NCBI RefSeq assembly: GCF_030144855.1
Contig: NC_082711.1
Span: 152,954,001-153,018,000, forward strand
Length of the DNA: 64,000 nucleotides
Direction: 5' to 3'
Source of the DNA: Hypanus sabinus
Taxonomy: Eukaryota
The notes under the pieces are model-generated. The model did no database searches. It was not told the DNA's origin and saw only the letters and a program-made list of their open reading frames with translations. Positions within the stretch are counted from its first letter, which is position 1, and every line of letters starts with the position of its first letter. Positions 49,803 through 62,720 of the stretch are shown here, piece by piece. A program made the position numbers and the translations under genes.

Positions 49803-52586
49803 TTTTGCTATTGTCTCTCATCTTTAATTTTTTGTTTCTCAGGCCAAGTAGCTTCCCAAAAGTAATTAGTCATACAAATTCTGCTTTCTCAATTTTCATT
49901 GTGTTCCTTTCATAAACTAATTCAGACATACTGACGGTGCCAAGGTGACATGTATGTGCAGCCTAATTGAACAGCCTTTAGCTCTTGTCGAGGTACAAAC
50001 ACGTCAACCCTGGGAAAACCATTCCTCTGAAGAAATGCCTTTTGGCCTTTTCTCCTTGAAGTGAAGAAGGATGAGAGGTGACCTGTTAGAGGTGTATAAG
50101 ATGATGAGAGGCATTGATCATGTGGATACTCAGAGGCTTTATTCCAGGGCTGAAATGGCTAGCACGAGAAAGCACAGTTTTAAGGTGCTTGGAAGTAGGT
50201 ACAGAGGAGATGTCAGGGGTAAATTTTTTATGCAGAGAGTGGTGAGTGCGTGGAATAGGCTGCTAGTGACAGTGGTGGAGGCGGATACGATAGGGTCTTT
50301 TAAGAGGCTCCTGGATAGGTATATGGAGCTCAGAAAAATAGAGGGCTATGGGTAACCCTAGGTAAGTACATGTTCTGCATAGCATCGTGGGCCGAAGGGC
50401 CTGAATTGTGCTGTAGGTTTTCTATGTTAAAATGTATTTTTTTGCTCTCTTGGCACTTTGGAGAACTACACTATAGAAAGTGGTGCAAAAGAATGTAGGC
50501 TAGAAAGCTCACAGACTTGAGCCATGAAGTCAACCTCAGCATTCATAAATGCAAGGAATCTGCAAAAGGATGTGGTCAGGTCAAACATGAGGGTCAAGAA
50601 GGTGGCACATGGTGTATCACGAGGGTGCCATTCATTGGTTTTCAAAATAAAACTGAACAGAGTATTTTTAAGAAACTAAAAAAATCAATTTATTACAATA
50701 TTTTGTAAACATGCCACTATACCAACATAACAGAGAGTAAACACTGTGTCAGAAGCTTTCTGCACAGAAATTTTAAAAATACCTTGATGAGATTGTACAG
50801 GGATTTGATTACACTAATAGGAACACTGAGTGCTAAAGTTGTACTTGCCATGAATATTAACTTGATATGAAGTCAGCACAAGATATATTCACTAGACGAC
50901 AATTAAATACAGACAGAATGGTGATGACTGGGTTGTAATGACTTAGAAAAATGAGATACGCTATCAAGATTTGGAGAGTGATTGACAGGGTAAATGCTGA
51001 AAGGTTACTTCCCATACCTGGGGAGTCTATATCTAGGAAGCATTGTCTTGAATAAAAGGTAGATCATTCAGGACTGTAGTAATGCAAAACTTCTTAATGC
51101 AGAATTTCAGAAAATTTATTCTGCAGAGGAATGTTGAGTATGTTCTAAGATGAAATTGATAAACCTTTGAACCAAGTGAATGAGGATATTAGTATTAGGT
51201 GGGAAGCAGATACAAAGTTAAGGATCATCGGGTACCATAATCTGAGATAGTGGAGCTAACAGAGCCACACTGCCTCACAGCTTCAGTAACTTAGGCTCAT
51301 TTCTGACCTCCAGTGCTGCCAATGTAGAATTTGTTCATTTTCCCTGTGACCACATGAACTTCCTCCAGGTACTCCCTGTTCCTGCCACATCCAATGGAGA
51401 GGCTGGGGAGATTTAATAGTAGTCTGGAGAGGATAAAATGGGATTAGTGCAGGATCATTGTAAGTAGGAGCTTAATGGTCTGTGTAGACATGGTAAATCA
51501 AACAGCCTGTGCTGTATTACTATATGGATCTATGACTTTACTGAATGATGGAATACTCTGTCTAAATTTTTCTGTTCTACACTCAGTAGCACACAACATG
51601 ATTAGGATACATGTTTGTAAGTGGCTTGCCTCTTATGAAGTTCCAAGTGTCACTTCTACAAGAATTAACAGAAGGTAACAGATGATTAACAGATGATTCA
51701 TGTAACCATTGAATCTAATATCAGGACAAAATGACTTCCCCTTCTTTTTCCATTCCAAGTTCTGGCTCCTGATTCTGAGTCTGAACATCACCTCTCAGTC
51801 TTCAACATTAAGGAATAAAGACCTATCCTGTCCAACCTGTCCCTAAAATTTTACAAATATAACAAAAATAAATGTTGCAAACAAGTTTATTCTGATTACT
51901 CATACATTTAAATTTCCAATTATCAGTTGGAACCTTTCTAGAAACTAGGTGTCAACAGTAAAGAGAGACAGACATTTCAAATTGATGATCAACGACAGAG
52001 GGGAAGGCAGTACATTTGGGCTGTCTGGGACTAGTACGTCCTAGCAGCATAGAGTACACCCCTGGTCAACGGGATATAATTTAAACGTGTTCTCAATTTT
52101 CAGTAATGAAATTCTATAAAATCCCTACTGATACTAATGAAAAAAAGGCAGCAGAAGTGCTGAAACTCAGCTGGATGCCGATGGAATAAAAGACACTTTG
52201 CAGAATGAATCCAAGGATCTACTGAGGCAAATTGTACAAACTAGAGCATCACCATCTTGGTATAACTGCCAAACAAACATTTCATAAGCAAACTATTCAC
52301 AATTTACTTTGACAGACGATTGCCTCTGCAAAGAACAACGTATGAATTGACATAAGTGCAAAGGTTTTATTTAATCTGAATAATTATTTGCCGATACTTG
52401 GGCTAACACCGCCCCCCCCCAACCCCGAGTGATAGAGATGACTCACAGTTGAGAGCTAACCGAGTTATAAATGTTTAATACGACGGTCGGCGGCGATGGT
52501 GAGAGGATCCCGAACGGGTCAGAGTTGGCGCTTCGACGTCGTCGTCAGGGTAACGCGCGCGGTGGTTGCTGGGAGCCGATGGTGGC

Positions 52587-52657
52587 ATGATGAAGGTCTG
52601 CGGCGTGTGTGAGGAGCAGGCTACTAAGTACCGATGCCCGGCCTGTGATGTGCGCTA
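52587..52657 (+). CDS. ZNHIT3: ZNHIT3 exon 1 (zinc finger HIT domain)
   Basis: MMKVCGVCEEQATKYRCPACDVR(Y)|gtaagt. This is the CxxC...KYRCPxC zf-HIT motif, within a CpG island. Confidence 0.95.
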
Positions 52658-52674
52658 GTAAGTGAGCGGTGGGA

Positions 52675-52849
52675 GCGGCGCTAGGGGCTGCCGGGCTTAC
52701 GGCGGCGAGCGGGCGGCGCTAGGGGCTGCCGGGCCTACGGCGGCGAGCGGGCGGCGCTAGGGGCTGCCGGGCCTACGGCGGCGAGCGGGCGGCGCTAGGG
52801 GCTGCCGGGCCTACGGCGGCGAGCGGGCGGCGCTAGGGTCTGCCAGGCC
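52675..52849 (+). repeat. GC-rich minisatellite, 38-bp unit, about 4.5 copies
   Basis: The unit ctaggggctgccgggcctacggcggcgagcgggcggcg recurs at 52681, 52719, 52757, 52795 and partially at 52833. Confidence 0.95.
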
Positions 52850-53228
52850 AGTTTCCTTGGATAAGCGCCGACCAAATTGCGACCTGTACTACAGGACTCT
52901 GTCCGGATTATGGCGGCGAGCGAACAGCTGGTAAAGTTTAGTTTATTATCACGTACGCGCTTCACCAGTACGGAGTGCTACTGGTACAGAGGCACTAGCG
53001 AGCGAGTTGTGTAGGTTCACACAAGTTACAGGCAGCAGTGACGGAGAAAAGACTGCGAAAGGAATCACTAGTGCAAAACAAGTGAGTTTAGGACCTGCTT
53101 CGGTGGAGAAAACCTTGGGTTTTTCCTATAGAGTATGGGTGGTGGTGTCTTTTAAAGCATCTGCATCAATGAGTGAGCTGCAGTTCTGTTGCTTGAGGAT
53201 TTTATGACAGTAAACAGAGGATGGCTTT

Positions 53229-54960
53229 TATCTGGATTAACACCACCTCCACAAACACAATCAGCACAGGTGTCCCTCAAGGCTGTGTATTTAGCCCCCC
53301 CCCCCCCCCACTGTCTTCACTTTGTACTAGTGACTGTGAGGCTAAGTACTGCTCAAATGTTGTATTTAAGTTTGCTGACTACAGCACTGTTGTTGGCCGA
53401 CTCAAAGGTAGTAACGAGTTGGCAATCTCAATGGCCCTTCACACAGCTTTAGACCATCTGAACAACACAAGCACCTATTTCAGGTTGCTATTCACCGACT
53501 ACAGTTCAACATTCAGGTGGTGACGAGAGGGCATACAGGAACGAGATGTACCAACTAGTGGAGTGGTGTCGAGCCACAACCTTGCACTGAACATCAGTAA
53601 GATGGAAGAGTTGATTGTGGACTTCAGGAAGGGTAAGACAAAGCAACACACCAATCCTCATAGAGGGATCAGAAGTGGAGAGAGTGAGCAGCTTCAAGTT
53701 CCTGGATGTCAAGATCCCTGAGGATCTAACCTGGTCCCAACATATCAATGCAGCTTTAAAGAAGGCAAGACAGCAGCTATACTTTATTAGGAGTTTGAAG
53801 AGATTTGGTATGTCAACAAATACATTCAAAAACTTTTATAGATGTACTGTGGAGAGCATTCTGACAGGCTGCATCACTGTCTGGTATGGTGGGGTGGGGT
53901 GGGGGGGGGGAAGGCAGGCTAGTGCACAGGACTGAAAGAAGCTGCAGAGGGTTGCAAATTTAGTCGGCTCCATCTTTGGCACTAGTCTACAAAGTATCCA
54001 GGACATCTTCAAGGAGCAGTGTCTCAGAAAGGTAGCGTCCATTATTAAGGACCTCCAGCACCCAGGGCATGCCCTTTTCTCACTGTTACCATCAAGTAGG
54101 AGGTATAGAAGGCTGAAGGCACACACTCAGCGATTCAGGAACAGCTTCTTCCCCCTTTGTCATCTGATTCCTAAATGGACATTGAACCCGTGAACAATTT
54201 CAATTTCCGAATATATATTATTTGGTTTTTGCACGATTTTTAACCTATTCAATACATGTATACTGTAAATGATTTATTTATTATTATTTTCTTCTGTATT
54301 TTTATTTGCAATGAACTGCTGTTGCTAAGTTAACAAATTTCACAGCGTGTGCTGGTGATAATAAACCTGATTCTGATATACGAGGGAGATTGAAAATCTA
54401 GTTTAATGGTGCCACAACAATCTCTCACTTAACATCAGCAAAACCAAAGAGCTGATTATTTACTACAGGACAAGGAAACCGAAGGTCCATGAGCCAGTCA
54501 TCATCGGGGGGATCAGAGATGGAGAGGATCAGCAATTTAAATTCCTCAGTTATCATTTCAGAGCATCTGTCTTGGGTCTAGTACATGAATGCTATTGCAA
54601 ACAAAGCACAGCTGTACTTCTACTTCCTCAAAAGTTTTCAAAGATTCTACATGCCATCTAAAACTTTGACAAACTTCTAAAGGTGTGGGATGAAGAGTGT
54701 ACTGACTGATTGCATCAAGGCCTGGCATGGAAACGCCAACACCCTTGAATGGAAAAGCCTACAAAAGGAAGTCTAGACCATCACGGGTAATGCCCTTCCC
54801 ACCATTGAGCATATCTACTAGGAGTGGTGTTGCAAGAAAGCAGCATCCATCATCAAGGAACCCCATCATTAGGCTATGCTCTCTTCTCACTGCTGCTATC
54901 TGGAAGGAGGTGCAGGAGCCTCACAACCCACACCACCAGGTTCAGGAACAGTTATTGCCC
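53229..54960 (+). mobile_element. Two tandem Rex1/L2-type LINE fragments in ZNHIT3 intron 1
   Basis: STGVPQGCVFSP, FKFADYSTVVG, VERVSSFKFL..LTWSQH and YRCTVESILTGCITVWYG motifs. The tail ataaacctgattctga lies near 54360-54378; the second, older copy is at about 54380-54960. Confidence 0.88.
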
Positions 54961-56031
54961 TCAGGAGAATTGCAGTGTTCCCTCTAATTTTTTTTTACAG
55001 CTGTGCAGGCCAATCATTGCTCTGAGCAGGAAATTTTGATACTTCTTGAAAGCTGTGGGGCACTTTAAATGTTTTGTTTGGAATATGCATACTATGAATA
55101 TATAGAATGAAATCTGAAAACATACTTTTGATTTTGTTCATTAATTGAAGGGTATAATGAAATGCAGTACAACAAAGAAAATCTTCCGTGCTTTGTAAAC
55201 TTTTTGTAGTTGTACCCAATTCCAGCAGTGGGGCAACAAAGACTATGTGCGCAGAGCATTTCAGTTGCTGTATGACTGCACAGTTTAGAGGTAACGGACC
55301 ATCATGCTCTTGAACTAAAGCCGATAACTTCACTTGCCCAACTGTTCCCACAAACCTATGGCCTCACTTTCAAGGACTCTTCATCTCATGTTCTTGATAT
55401 TCTTTGCTTATTTTTAATATTTATTATTTTTTAATTTGCAGATTGTTGTCTTTTGCATAGGGGTTATTAGTCTCCGTGTGCAGGTTTCTTTGCTTCATTG
55501 GTGTCTTGGTATCTATTTTGAATGGCCACAAGAAAATGAATCTCAGAGTTGTTGTATTTTGACATGTATGTACTTGGATAATAAATTTACTTTTACCTTT
55601 GAGTTGTACCTATAGGTTCTTTGGGGAAAATAATTTAATTGGTCCTGCTTTCAAACTAAATTGCCCATGTTGAAAGTTGCTTATGAATCTTCTTACTCAT
55701 AATGATTTCAGGCAGTATCTTGGTAATGCTTTAATTGGTCGTTTGTCTTTAGAACAAAAATGCCTCTTGATGGCATTTCCATCAATCTGTGCCCTCTGGC
55801 TTCTCTCATTTTCTCCATCTTGTTCTCCATTTGTTGCAGTTTTTACTTGCTGTCATTGAGACACACTGGTCTGAAAGAAAACTATTGCTAATCTGCTTTG
55901 GTTCTTTTAGCAAATTTTGCTGCCTCAACTGCCCAATCTTCAGACTTTGATTCTTTAAAGTTATATTATGTGAATGTTACTAAAATGTGATTCTTTATTA
56001 TATTTAATAATTCTATTCTCTTTATTTTCAG

Positions 56032-56063
56032 TTGTTCTGTAGGATGCTACAAGAAACATAAGG
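56032..56063 (+). CDS. ZNHIT3: ZNHIT3 exon 2
   Basis: tttattttcag|T TGT TCT GTA GGA TGC TAC AAG AAA CAT AAG G|gtatgg encodes CSVGCYKKHK, completing the zf-HIT motif; 32 bp. Confidence 0.95.
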
Positions 56064-56591
56064 GTATGGACAGTCCTCTGATTCCTTACAAATTAATTTG
56101 GTTACTGTAAAATATGCAAGCTTCTAAAGAAAATGTTATCTGTGTAATTTGGAGAATAGTCAACTGGATCTTCAGATTGATGATGGGGGGGGGGGATGGT
56201 AATACAAAATTACTTCAGGTCCATCTATGGCTTTTGCAAACGCAAAAATGGTGGTGCCTTGTTCTTTTGTGTTAAGATTGAGTAGAAAGCTACACCTTCA
56301 TTCATGATATAACAACATTTTATACCTTCCTGGTATAATGTGCCATAAGTAAGAAATCTCATCCTTTGTTTATGTTGTATTTTACATATCCCGATTTAAA
56401 GGATCAACCTGACCAGTTTTTTTGGAACATCATCCCACCTTCTAAACTGTGACTTGGCTTTATGAAAGAATCTAAATGTTGTACTGTGAACTCTGGTTTT
56501 GTGTTAAAACGTATATTGATAATTACATAGAACCATTTTAATTGCACTTGTTTATCTAAAATAACTAAATTTGGTGCTTTTGTTTTACTAG

Positions 56592-56681
56592 ATGATTGCA
56601 AACCACAAAAGTCTGGTTCAGTGTCATCAACTTCAGAGCTTTCTACAGAAGTTGGGACAATAACATGGCAAGAAGGCAAAG
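56592..56681 (+). CDS. ZNHIT3: ZNHIT3 exon 3
   Basis: ttttactag| DDCKPQKSGSVSSTSELSTEVGTITWQEGK |gtagat; 90 bp, phase 1/1, a low-complexity linker. Confidence 0.8.
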
Positions 56682-57410
56682 GTAGATACCATGCCGTCAT
56701 ATTAGAAAGGATAAATATCTACAAAGCTAGAATTGTTTAAAGAATTGAGTGTAAACACAACTTTATAAATCATTCAAGATTGGGCCATTTAAAAAAAAAA
56801 CAAGCATTTTATAGATATTAGTGCAGTTATGTCAGGATAATGTAAGCTTGGCATTGAAATGTTTTCTGTTTTGTGCAGTAAATGTAAACTATCAACTTGC
56901 ATCGTTCTGGTGCTACCCACAGTGTTGGGATAGAAAGTTGTCTTCTACAATTTGCCCAAATCAATGGGACAGATCTTTCAAAGCTCAAGTACAGTACTCA
57001 TTTTCTGCTGGATGTGCATTTAAGTAAAACCCATTTATTTTTCATTGAGCACCAATGTTCCCTTATAAAGTACTATTGGTGAACAGAGGCATGGGGAGAT
57101 TGGGAGGGAAATAAAAGTAGATTCCATCCATGTTCAAAAAGTGAAAGTAGAATTTAAAGCTTTGATCAATAGAATTATACATTTGAATCAATTGTTTCCT
57201 TTTAAAATAGACTCATAGTCTGGATTAAAGATTTGCCACAGAGGCCAAACAATACCAAGATCTTGTTCAACTCATTTAAATTTATTATGATCATGTTGAA
57301 GAGTGAAAGAGACATGGCCTAGGAATTTAATCCATTATGTAGTAACTGTTTATAATCCCTGTGCACGTTAGTTGTTCTTTTAAACAGTAATGGTATATTC
57401 CTGTCAACAG

Positions 57411-57473
57411 ATGACATACTGGGTGAAGATGAAGAATCTGATCGCGTGCCCCTAGAGAAATTAAAACTGTTGG
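57411..57473 (+). CDS. ZNHIT3: ZNHIT3 exon 4 (5' boundary uncertain; alternative in-frame acceptor at 57372)
   Basis: DDILGEDEESDRVPLEKLKLL|gtatgt; matches the acidic-DRV motif of ZNHIT3. Confidence 0.85.
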
Positions 57474-58269
57474 GTATGTAGACAAAAACAGATCACAACA
57501 AAAACATCTTTTTGATTCCTGACATTTACTATTAGAAGGGTAATTTGAACAAACTAAATTAAATTGGTTTAAATGATTAGCATACAAAACTGATTTAGTT
57601 CAATGACATTCATCACTGTTTGAGTGCTGCGAGAGATGTTCCTGAGTCTAAGAATTTGTTCTGTTGACTCATGTGACAATATTGACTGTCACTGAGGACT
57701 TTATAACACTAGAAATTGCAGGAAGAATCGATTACTTCATAAAATATGAAGGCAAGCTCTTTTGTCCAGTAAGCCCACATGGTCAAACAATCTATTTAGA
57801 ACGTAGAGCAGTACAGCACAGTATGGGACGTTCATTTCACGATGTTGTGCCAACCATTTCACCTACTCCTTGATCAATTTAACCCTTCCTTTCTACATAG
57901 CCCATAACCCACCATTTTCTTTCATTCATGTGCCCTAAGAGTCTCGTAAATGTCCTTAGAGTATCCTTTACACTAATCTGTGTTATTCCTCCCACATTCC
58001 CATCACTTCTCATGAGATTTTTCCACTCACAATACGGACATTTCAGTGGCTAATTAGCCTGCCACTCTTAGAATGGAGGGAAGGGAATGCCATAAACTCA
58101 GGCTCCACCGACACAGCACCTAATTTCCATGAGCTATACCATTGTGCAACCTGTATTGCTTCTATTTTGATTATTTTATCTTCCTTTGAGCGCCCACCCA
58201 CCTAGACTCCTTGCTGAATGTTTGATATTCACTATTAGATAGTACTACCTCGTGAGAGGAATATACAAT

Positions 58270-59197
58270 TGACATTTCGGGCCAAGACCCTTAGTCCAGC
58301 ACATAATTCTCCGTAATTTCTGTCATCTCCAACGGGATCCCACCGCCAATGATGTCTTTCCCTCCTTCCTGTTTCTGCTTTCCACAGATACCGCTCTGTA
58401 TGTGACTCCCTTGTCCATTTGTCTCTCTCCACTGCTCTCCCTTCTGGCACTTATCCTTAAAAGGGAAACAAATACACCACCTCCTCCCTCACGAACATAC
58501 AGGGCCTGAAACAGTTCTTCTAGATGAGGTGATACTTCATCCTTGAACCTGCTGGGGTTATATATAGTGGGAGACTCCATGCAGATTTGGGATTGCTTCG
58601 CAGAGCAACTACACTCCATCTGCCAGAAAAAGCAGGATCTCCCAGTGGCCAAACATTTTAATTCCACTTCCAATTCCCATTCTGACACATCAGTGCACGG
58701 CCTCCTCTACTGCATTGAGGCCAGACTCAGGTTGGAGGAGCAACACCTTATATTCTGTCTGGGTAGCCTCCATCCTGATGGCATGAACATTGATTTCTCA
58801 AACTTCCGGTAATGTCAGTCTCCACCTCACCCCCCCACCTTCACCATTCCCCACATCTTCCTATAACATCCCTCTGGTGTTCTTCCCCCTTTCTTTCTTC
58901 CATGGCCTGTCCTCTCCTATCAGATTCTCCCTTCTCCAGCCCTGTTTCTTTCATCAATCAACTTCCCGGCTCTTTACTTAACCCTCCCCCCACTTTCATC
59001 TGTCACCTTGTGTTTCTGCACCCCCCCCCCACACCCAGTACTTACTTTGACATATCTTTTTACCCCCAGTCCTGATGAAGGGTCTCAGCCCAAAACATCA
59101 GCTGTACTCTTTCCAATAGATGCTGCCTATCCTGAATTCCTCCAGCATTTTGTGTGTGTTGCTTGGATTTTCAGCATCTGCAGATCTTCTCTTGTTT
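58270..59197 (+). mobile_element. Penelope-like element 3' fragment (GIY-YIG endonuclease C-terminus plus terminal repeat) in ZNHIT3 intron 4
   Basis: LPVAKHFNSTSNSHSD...RLRLEEQHLIFCLGSLHPDGMNIDF; terminal repeat with CTGATGA at 59072. Confidence 0.88.
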
Positions 59198-59344
59198 GAT
59201 TAACACTAGCCTAGTGTTTATTACTGCTTCTAACTTTCGTCATTTACAAATTTTAAACAGGTCTTGAGCAAAGTGAGTGACTACAGGTCCTGAAACTTCA
59301 ATGTAATAAAGCACTAATTATTATTATTTTTGCTTTTCTAACAG

Positions 59345-59541
59345 CAAAATCTGAGGAATTGAAGAGTTTACTTTGTAATCCTCATCTTAGACAGTTGCTA
59401 TTGACAATAGACAGAGCAGAAGATAAAGAAAACATCATGAAATCGGCTATGCAAGAACCAATTTTTGTAGAATTTGCTGATCGATGTCTACAAGTAGTTG
59501 AACCCCAAGATAAAGAAAATGACATCTCTGGCTCCTGGTAA
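59345..59541 (+). CDS. ZNHIT3: ZNHIT3 exon 5 (last coding exon)
   Basis: ttttctaacag| AKSEELKSLLCNPHLRQLL...AMQEPIFVEFADRCLQVVEP...SW*. This is the conserved ZNHIT3 C-terminal domain. The joined CDS is 453 nt (150 aa). Confidence 0.95.
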
Positions 59542-59790
59542 ATGTGTTTAACCCCTGAGCACTTGGCAACTATGTTGCAAAGTAATTGACCAATCCTGGT
59601 TTTGACTTTGGGGGGGGGCGGGGAATGGAAAGCCTGACAATTCAGCAACTATGGAATGTGCAGTGAGGTCAATGACTGTGGACAGTAGTGTTTTTTTTTA
59701 CAAAGTTTGACTGAAATTGTGATAAATTTTAAAATACAACAAAAATATTTAAGGTGGCAGCTAATAAGTGTGATATATAAATAGTATATC

Positions 59791-59796
59791 AATAAA
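59791..59796 (+). other. Candidate polyadenylation signal of ZNHIT3
   Basis: AATAAA 250 bp after the stop codon; a second AATAAA lies near 59990. Confidence 0.55.
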
Positions 59797-61958
59797 ATCA
59801 AAATTCAATTTGCTGCTTTAAACATTTACCTTCACTTCTACACCCTCCCCCTATTTAACATTTGCTGCTCACTAACTTGTTTGCTAAGATACATTGCATA
59901 AGACATCTCTACAAGTTGTGCAATGAAGTTAAAATACCATTTAATTTGCTAAATGGTTACTATACATTCATGTTATCTTTGATTCAATGAATAAAGACAC
60001 CAAGGTCCCTCTAAAAACCCATATCTTTCAAAATTTCTGTTTAATACTCAACATTTTTATGCATTAGATTCCTCTGGTGGTCTTGTTCAATTATTTAAGT
60101 AGAAATCTTCCTAAGCGTTTTCACTTATTTCTCAGACATTGCCACCAAGTTTTTGAATCAGGAGTAAATCTAGGTACATTGCACTTCATACCATTAGACC
60201 ATCAATAAAGGCTGAACACCTGGGGCATCAGTGCCAAGTCCCAAATCGCATTAGTTATGGTTTCTACAGTCCAAAAAAGTTTATTGTTTTATCATTAATC
60301 AATTCTCAGTCCGTGCCAGTATATTACACAATTTAGTTTCATAATCTCCAGCATGGAACCTTAGTGAAGGCTTCTAGTAGTTCTAAACATGTCAACAGGT
60401 TTATCAAATATTATTTCTCTAAGCATCAGTTTGATATTACCACTTCTTATATAATAGATTCCAGCACTTTCCTTATTAACTGATGAGGCTAAATGGTCAA
60501 TAGCTTCTTTCCCCCAACATCCTTTCTTCAGTAGTGATGTTTTAATTGCTACTTTCTGAGATTACCTTTCTGAATCAACATAATTTTACATTACCATCAC
60601 TCCAATCAGTCTCCAAGCCACATCCTCTTAAAGGATAGCCATCATGTTCTGACTGATCCCTTTCTCTCCCATTAATTTCTTGAATGTTATTTATTTTGAA
60701 TGGATTTTCTCTAATTTACTCTAATCTGCTCTTTACAAATGTAAAAAATTGGAATGTATGACCTAGAGTTATTTTCAATAAAACAAACAGAATTCATTCT
60801 TATTCTAAGAGGAGGTTTTGCATAAATGAGGAAAAGAGAACTGTTATCTGTTGGAAAAGCATGTCTGATTGAAATGAGTTTGGTCTTAACTCCTATAGTA
60901 TGAATAATGCCTTTACTAAATATATCCAAAGGGGTGGATGTGGATAAGAAAAAAGGATGTGCATAAGATATATTCTGCAAAACATCTTTGCAGAATACTA
61001 GACATCTTAAAAAAAGTGGCCAGAACTTGGAACTGTTATTTCCCACTTTCACTTGTATACTGATTACAACCACAAAGTACTGTAAATGTGTGCAGATTAC
61101 AGAGTTAAACCAAAAGGTATTGTCATGCTCCCTTTCTTGATAATAGGCTTAATAAAAATGTATCAACTATTACACCTAAGTGCTAAAGTACAGATAATAA
61201 AATTGATCCTATTTTAATAAATGTTTAAATTTGTCAACAATTCTAAACATTTCAAGTATTTCTAAATAACCCCTAATAATTTTTCACATTTGTGACAAGT
61301 ATACAATTTTTTTTAAAAAACATTGTTTTGAAGAACAGTGTAAGCAGCAATTTCTGCTTATAAAGTGCAGAACTGGAGTAGAAATCACATTTCTTGCTAA
61401 GACAATGCAAATATTATCATCTAACAGCACTACAAAATACATGCTGACAAAATGAATAAAATCAATTAACCTCATTTAAAAACAACAAATGCCAAAAGAT
61501 TGTGCACATTTTAAATTCTGCATTGGTATGCCTTTCTTTCACTTAAGTACTTATTGAACTCTCTTAACACTTACTAGTATTATGAATTTTAAAAAATTCC
61601 ATCAATGATCTGAATTTTTGTTGGGCAACAGTTCTTCATTTTAGAGTAAATACAGTGAAATACACCAAATCAAATAAACATATACATCGTTAGTTCTTAG
61701 GTCTCCTCTTAAGAATTGAGATGACAAATCATATAACCCAATGATCTCGTGTTAACAAAATATAACTTAATTGCCAGTATGTGAAACATGACTGTGGGTC
61801 GGTGCCAAGTGTAAAACACAGGACAATACCATAAATGGACAACACAATAGCAATCCTTAGAACGGTCACATGCACAAATGCCAATAATCAAATAAATGTG
61901 AACATACGAATGGACTACATAATCATCCACAGAATAAGAAAAACAGGAAAGACTAACC

Positions 61959-62038
61959 CAGGGGTTCCCAACCTTTTTTTAATGCCACGGAGCAATACCC
62001 TGAAGCAAGGAGCCTGGACTCCAGGTTGGAAAACACTG
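61959..62038. mobile_element. hAT-type MITE, second copy
   Basis: caggggttcccaacc...ggttggaaaacactg TIRs; similar to the 36841 copy; no TSD preserved. Confidence 0.7.
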
Positions 62039-62491
62039 ATGATTTAATGAATGTTGTGCACGGATAGTTGGGGTATTACACCAAAGTGAGTTTTGTTGGA
62101 AATCTGGATAGCTACAGGAAAGCATCTTTGGAGATGACGTGTCTCCTGGCTGGCAATTTGGTGATAGGTGACTGGTAGGGTGGGTGGAATCAGCAGTAGT
62201 TTTTTCAGCTCTTTTCTGTGCTCTGAGGATGAGCGAGTCTTTTATTGTCAGTAGTGCTGCTAGAAAGAATTTAGTAGTTCTTTTCATTGCCCTGAAGGAT
62301 TACTTTCCATGATCAACAATCTTTATTTATAATATTGAAATATCTAAATACATCTTACAAACTGGACTACACTTAAAAACTAAACATATTTCCTTTAATC
62401 CCAAAAGGTTTATATCTTTGATGCAGCATTGAACTAAAACTTAAGCAGTTCTTATACCTTAATTTTTCCAATAAACTTAAAGCACATACAT

Positions 62492-62720
62492 GAGAAAATG
62501 TGCAAATGCTGGAAATCCAAAGCAACACACACACACACAAAATGCTGGAGGAGCTCAGCAGGCCAAGCAGCATCTATGAAAAAGGGTAAACAGTTGACTT
62601 TACAGGCCGAGACCCTTGCCCTGATGAAGGGTCTTGGCCCAAATTGTTGACTATTTATCCTTTTCCGTAGATGCTGCCTAGCCTGCTGAGTTCCTCCAGC
62701 ATTTTGTTTGTATTGCTTTA
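62492..62720. mobile_element. Foldback (inverted dimer) of the Penelope terminal repeat
   Basis: Arms at about 62518-62617 and 62627-62719 are reverse complements of each other; atacat on both flanks. Confidence 0.85.

Larger units (their letters stand above)
52400..53050 (+). promoter_or_regulatory. CpG island / promoter of ZNHIT3
   Basis: Dense CpG around exon 1 against a CpG-depleted background. Confidence 0.75.

Noticed and set aside
48915-49865. Long ORFs (189, 152 and 218 aa)
   Set aside because: They overlap an interspersed repeat also present at about 21780-22460 and show no protein motifs.
60711-61073. 120-aa minus-strand ORF
   Set aside because: No recognisable homology or convincing splice context; likely a chance ORF in AT-rich sequence.
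61979-62287. 102-aa minus-strand ORF as a MYO19 exon
   Set aside because: RAEKTTADSTHPTSHL resembles a decayed Rex-type LINE C-terminus, the ORF runs into a MITE, and it shows no MYO19 similarity.
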